Part shown: piece by piece, positions 63,101 to 64,000 of the stretch
Numbering within the stretch: position 1 is the stretch's first letter
Layout: every line of letters starts with the position of its first letter
Origin: Haplodiscus bocki
Lineage: Eukaryota
NCBI GenBank assembly: GCA_965655095.1
Contig: OZ296658.1
Location: forward strand, 57,908,001 to 57,972,000
DNA: 64,000 nucleotides
Direction: 5' to 3'
Made by a program: the position numbers and the translations under genes
The notes under the pieces: model-generated
The model's input: only the letters and a program-made list of their open reading frames with translations
What the model was told of the DNA's origin: nothing
Databases searched by the model: none

Positions 63101-64000
63101 ATCAGTCAAGTTCTTTTTTACTACTATTACTCAAATGTCTTCCGCCAAACACAACTAGGAAAAGAGTCGAAAAAATTGCGGAACACAATCTAGAAGAAGC
63201 AATTTCTGACGGTATACGAGATGTTCAACTGAGACGCTTCATTTTACTCAGTGTCCCAATTTCTCAACAACTTCCCAGGCTTACCTCTCTTTACTTCTTT
63301 AGTTTTCTCTGTTGCCCGATGAAACACGACTGCACTTTTTGTTGACAAAATTCAGGTGGTTTTGAACAATTAACCAACCTTGAGGGCTGCAAACTATTCT
63401 GTTGCAAGTAACAAGTTGCAGAGCACCCCTCATGCAGTTTTCACCCTAGTTATCTTCCCATTAATCTTTGCAGCTTCTATTGAGTGTCTGGACTCTACAA
63501 CTTTGACCAAAAAGAAAACATATTGTAATACTTTCCTGTTATGTAGTTAAAGTCGATCGGGTTAATATCTTGTTATAAAAGCCACTGCCTGTCACAGCTT
63601 CGGTTCAATTTTTTCACCTAAATATTAGTGATGTAGCCACGCCACGCTTTTAACGCTGTATGTTTATTGTTTCTCGCCTCCAGCCACCTACGGAAGTATT
63701 TTAAACACTTGATACTCGTGACTCAACTCGCTGAAACTATTGCATGATGATTGGTCTACAGGATTTCCTTTTATGGCATTGATTTCATAATTGTATCCAT
63801 ATATGTACAAGTAGGTAAAAGGTTCTCTCTTTGCAATTTAGTCGGATCAGTTTTTTTATTGTGCTATTGGGTGACACATTACTCGATTCTGATTCGTTGT
63901 CAAGAAAGTTTCGCGAAAGATGACAGGAGTATATTAGGATCAGCCACAGTTCGACATTGTATCAAGAAAGGTTTAGCTCAGCAATGTTTTCAAACTGGGA
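54120..64000. repeat. Giant palindrome/foldback centred 58706-58707; right arm runs off the window
   Basis: Centre ATAGCGAGT-TG-ACTCGCTAT; arms colinear in reverse complement, e.g. 57140-57900 vs 59600-60400, 55010-56230 vs 61160-62390, 54160-54580 vs 63530-63960. Confidence 0.95.
56235..57115 (+). repeat. ~30 bp tandem array AAAATCTGACGCGTTGTAAAA (mirror at 60415-61160)
   Basis: Repeated AAATCTGACGCG motif; CGCGTCAGATTTT on the other arm. Confidence 0.85.

Overview
AT-rich eukaryotic (probably animal) scaffold window made almost entirely of repeats and mobile elements, with two 200-N gaps (18629-18828, 44186-44385). I recognise no intact host gene. Main contents: (1) Solo-LTR-like elements of three families whose ORF starts inside the LTR and runs off its 3' end; one is fully delimited (14872-16409, TGTC...GACA, TSD CCCAT). 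(2) A tandem Helentron-type (HINE/DINE-1-like) non-autonomous element (403-1702), each unit carrying a convergent pair of tRNA-like heads. (3) Degenerate Polinton/adintovirus-like genes: pPolB, ATPase-like, penton-like and major-capsid-like. (4) A Ty1/copia RT-RNase H remnant. (5) A full-length Ingi/Vingi-type LINE (45132-48676, minus) with TSD, (CAA)n tail, predicted 5' HDV-like ribozyme, 2A-like peptide, PHD, APE, RT and CCHC finger. (6) A ~10 kb or larger palindrome centred at 58706/58707 with a 2-nt loop and modular tandem arrays; its centre motif recurs near 52090. (7) Several kb of decayed, gene-dense, coding-like DNA I cannot assign. All alignments were done by eye, so identities are approximate and family names rest on recalled motifs, not database searches.
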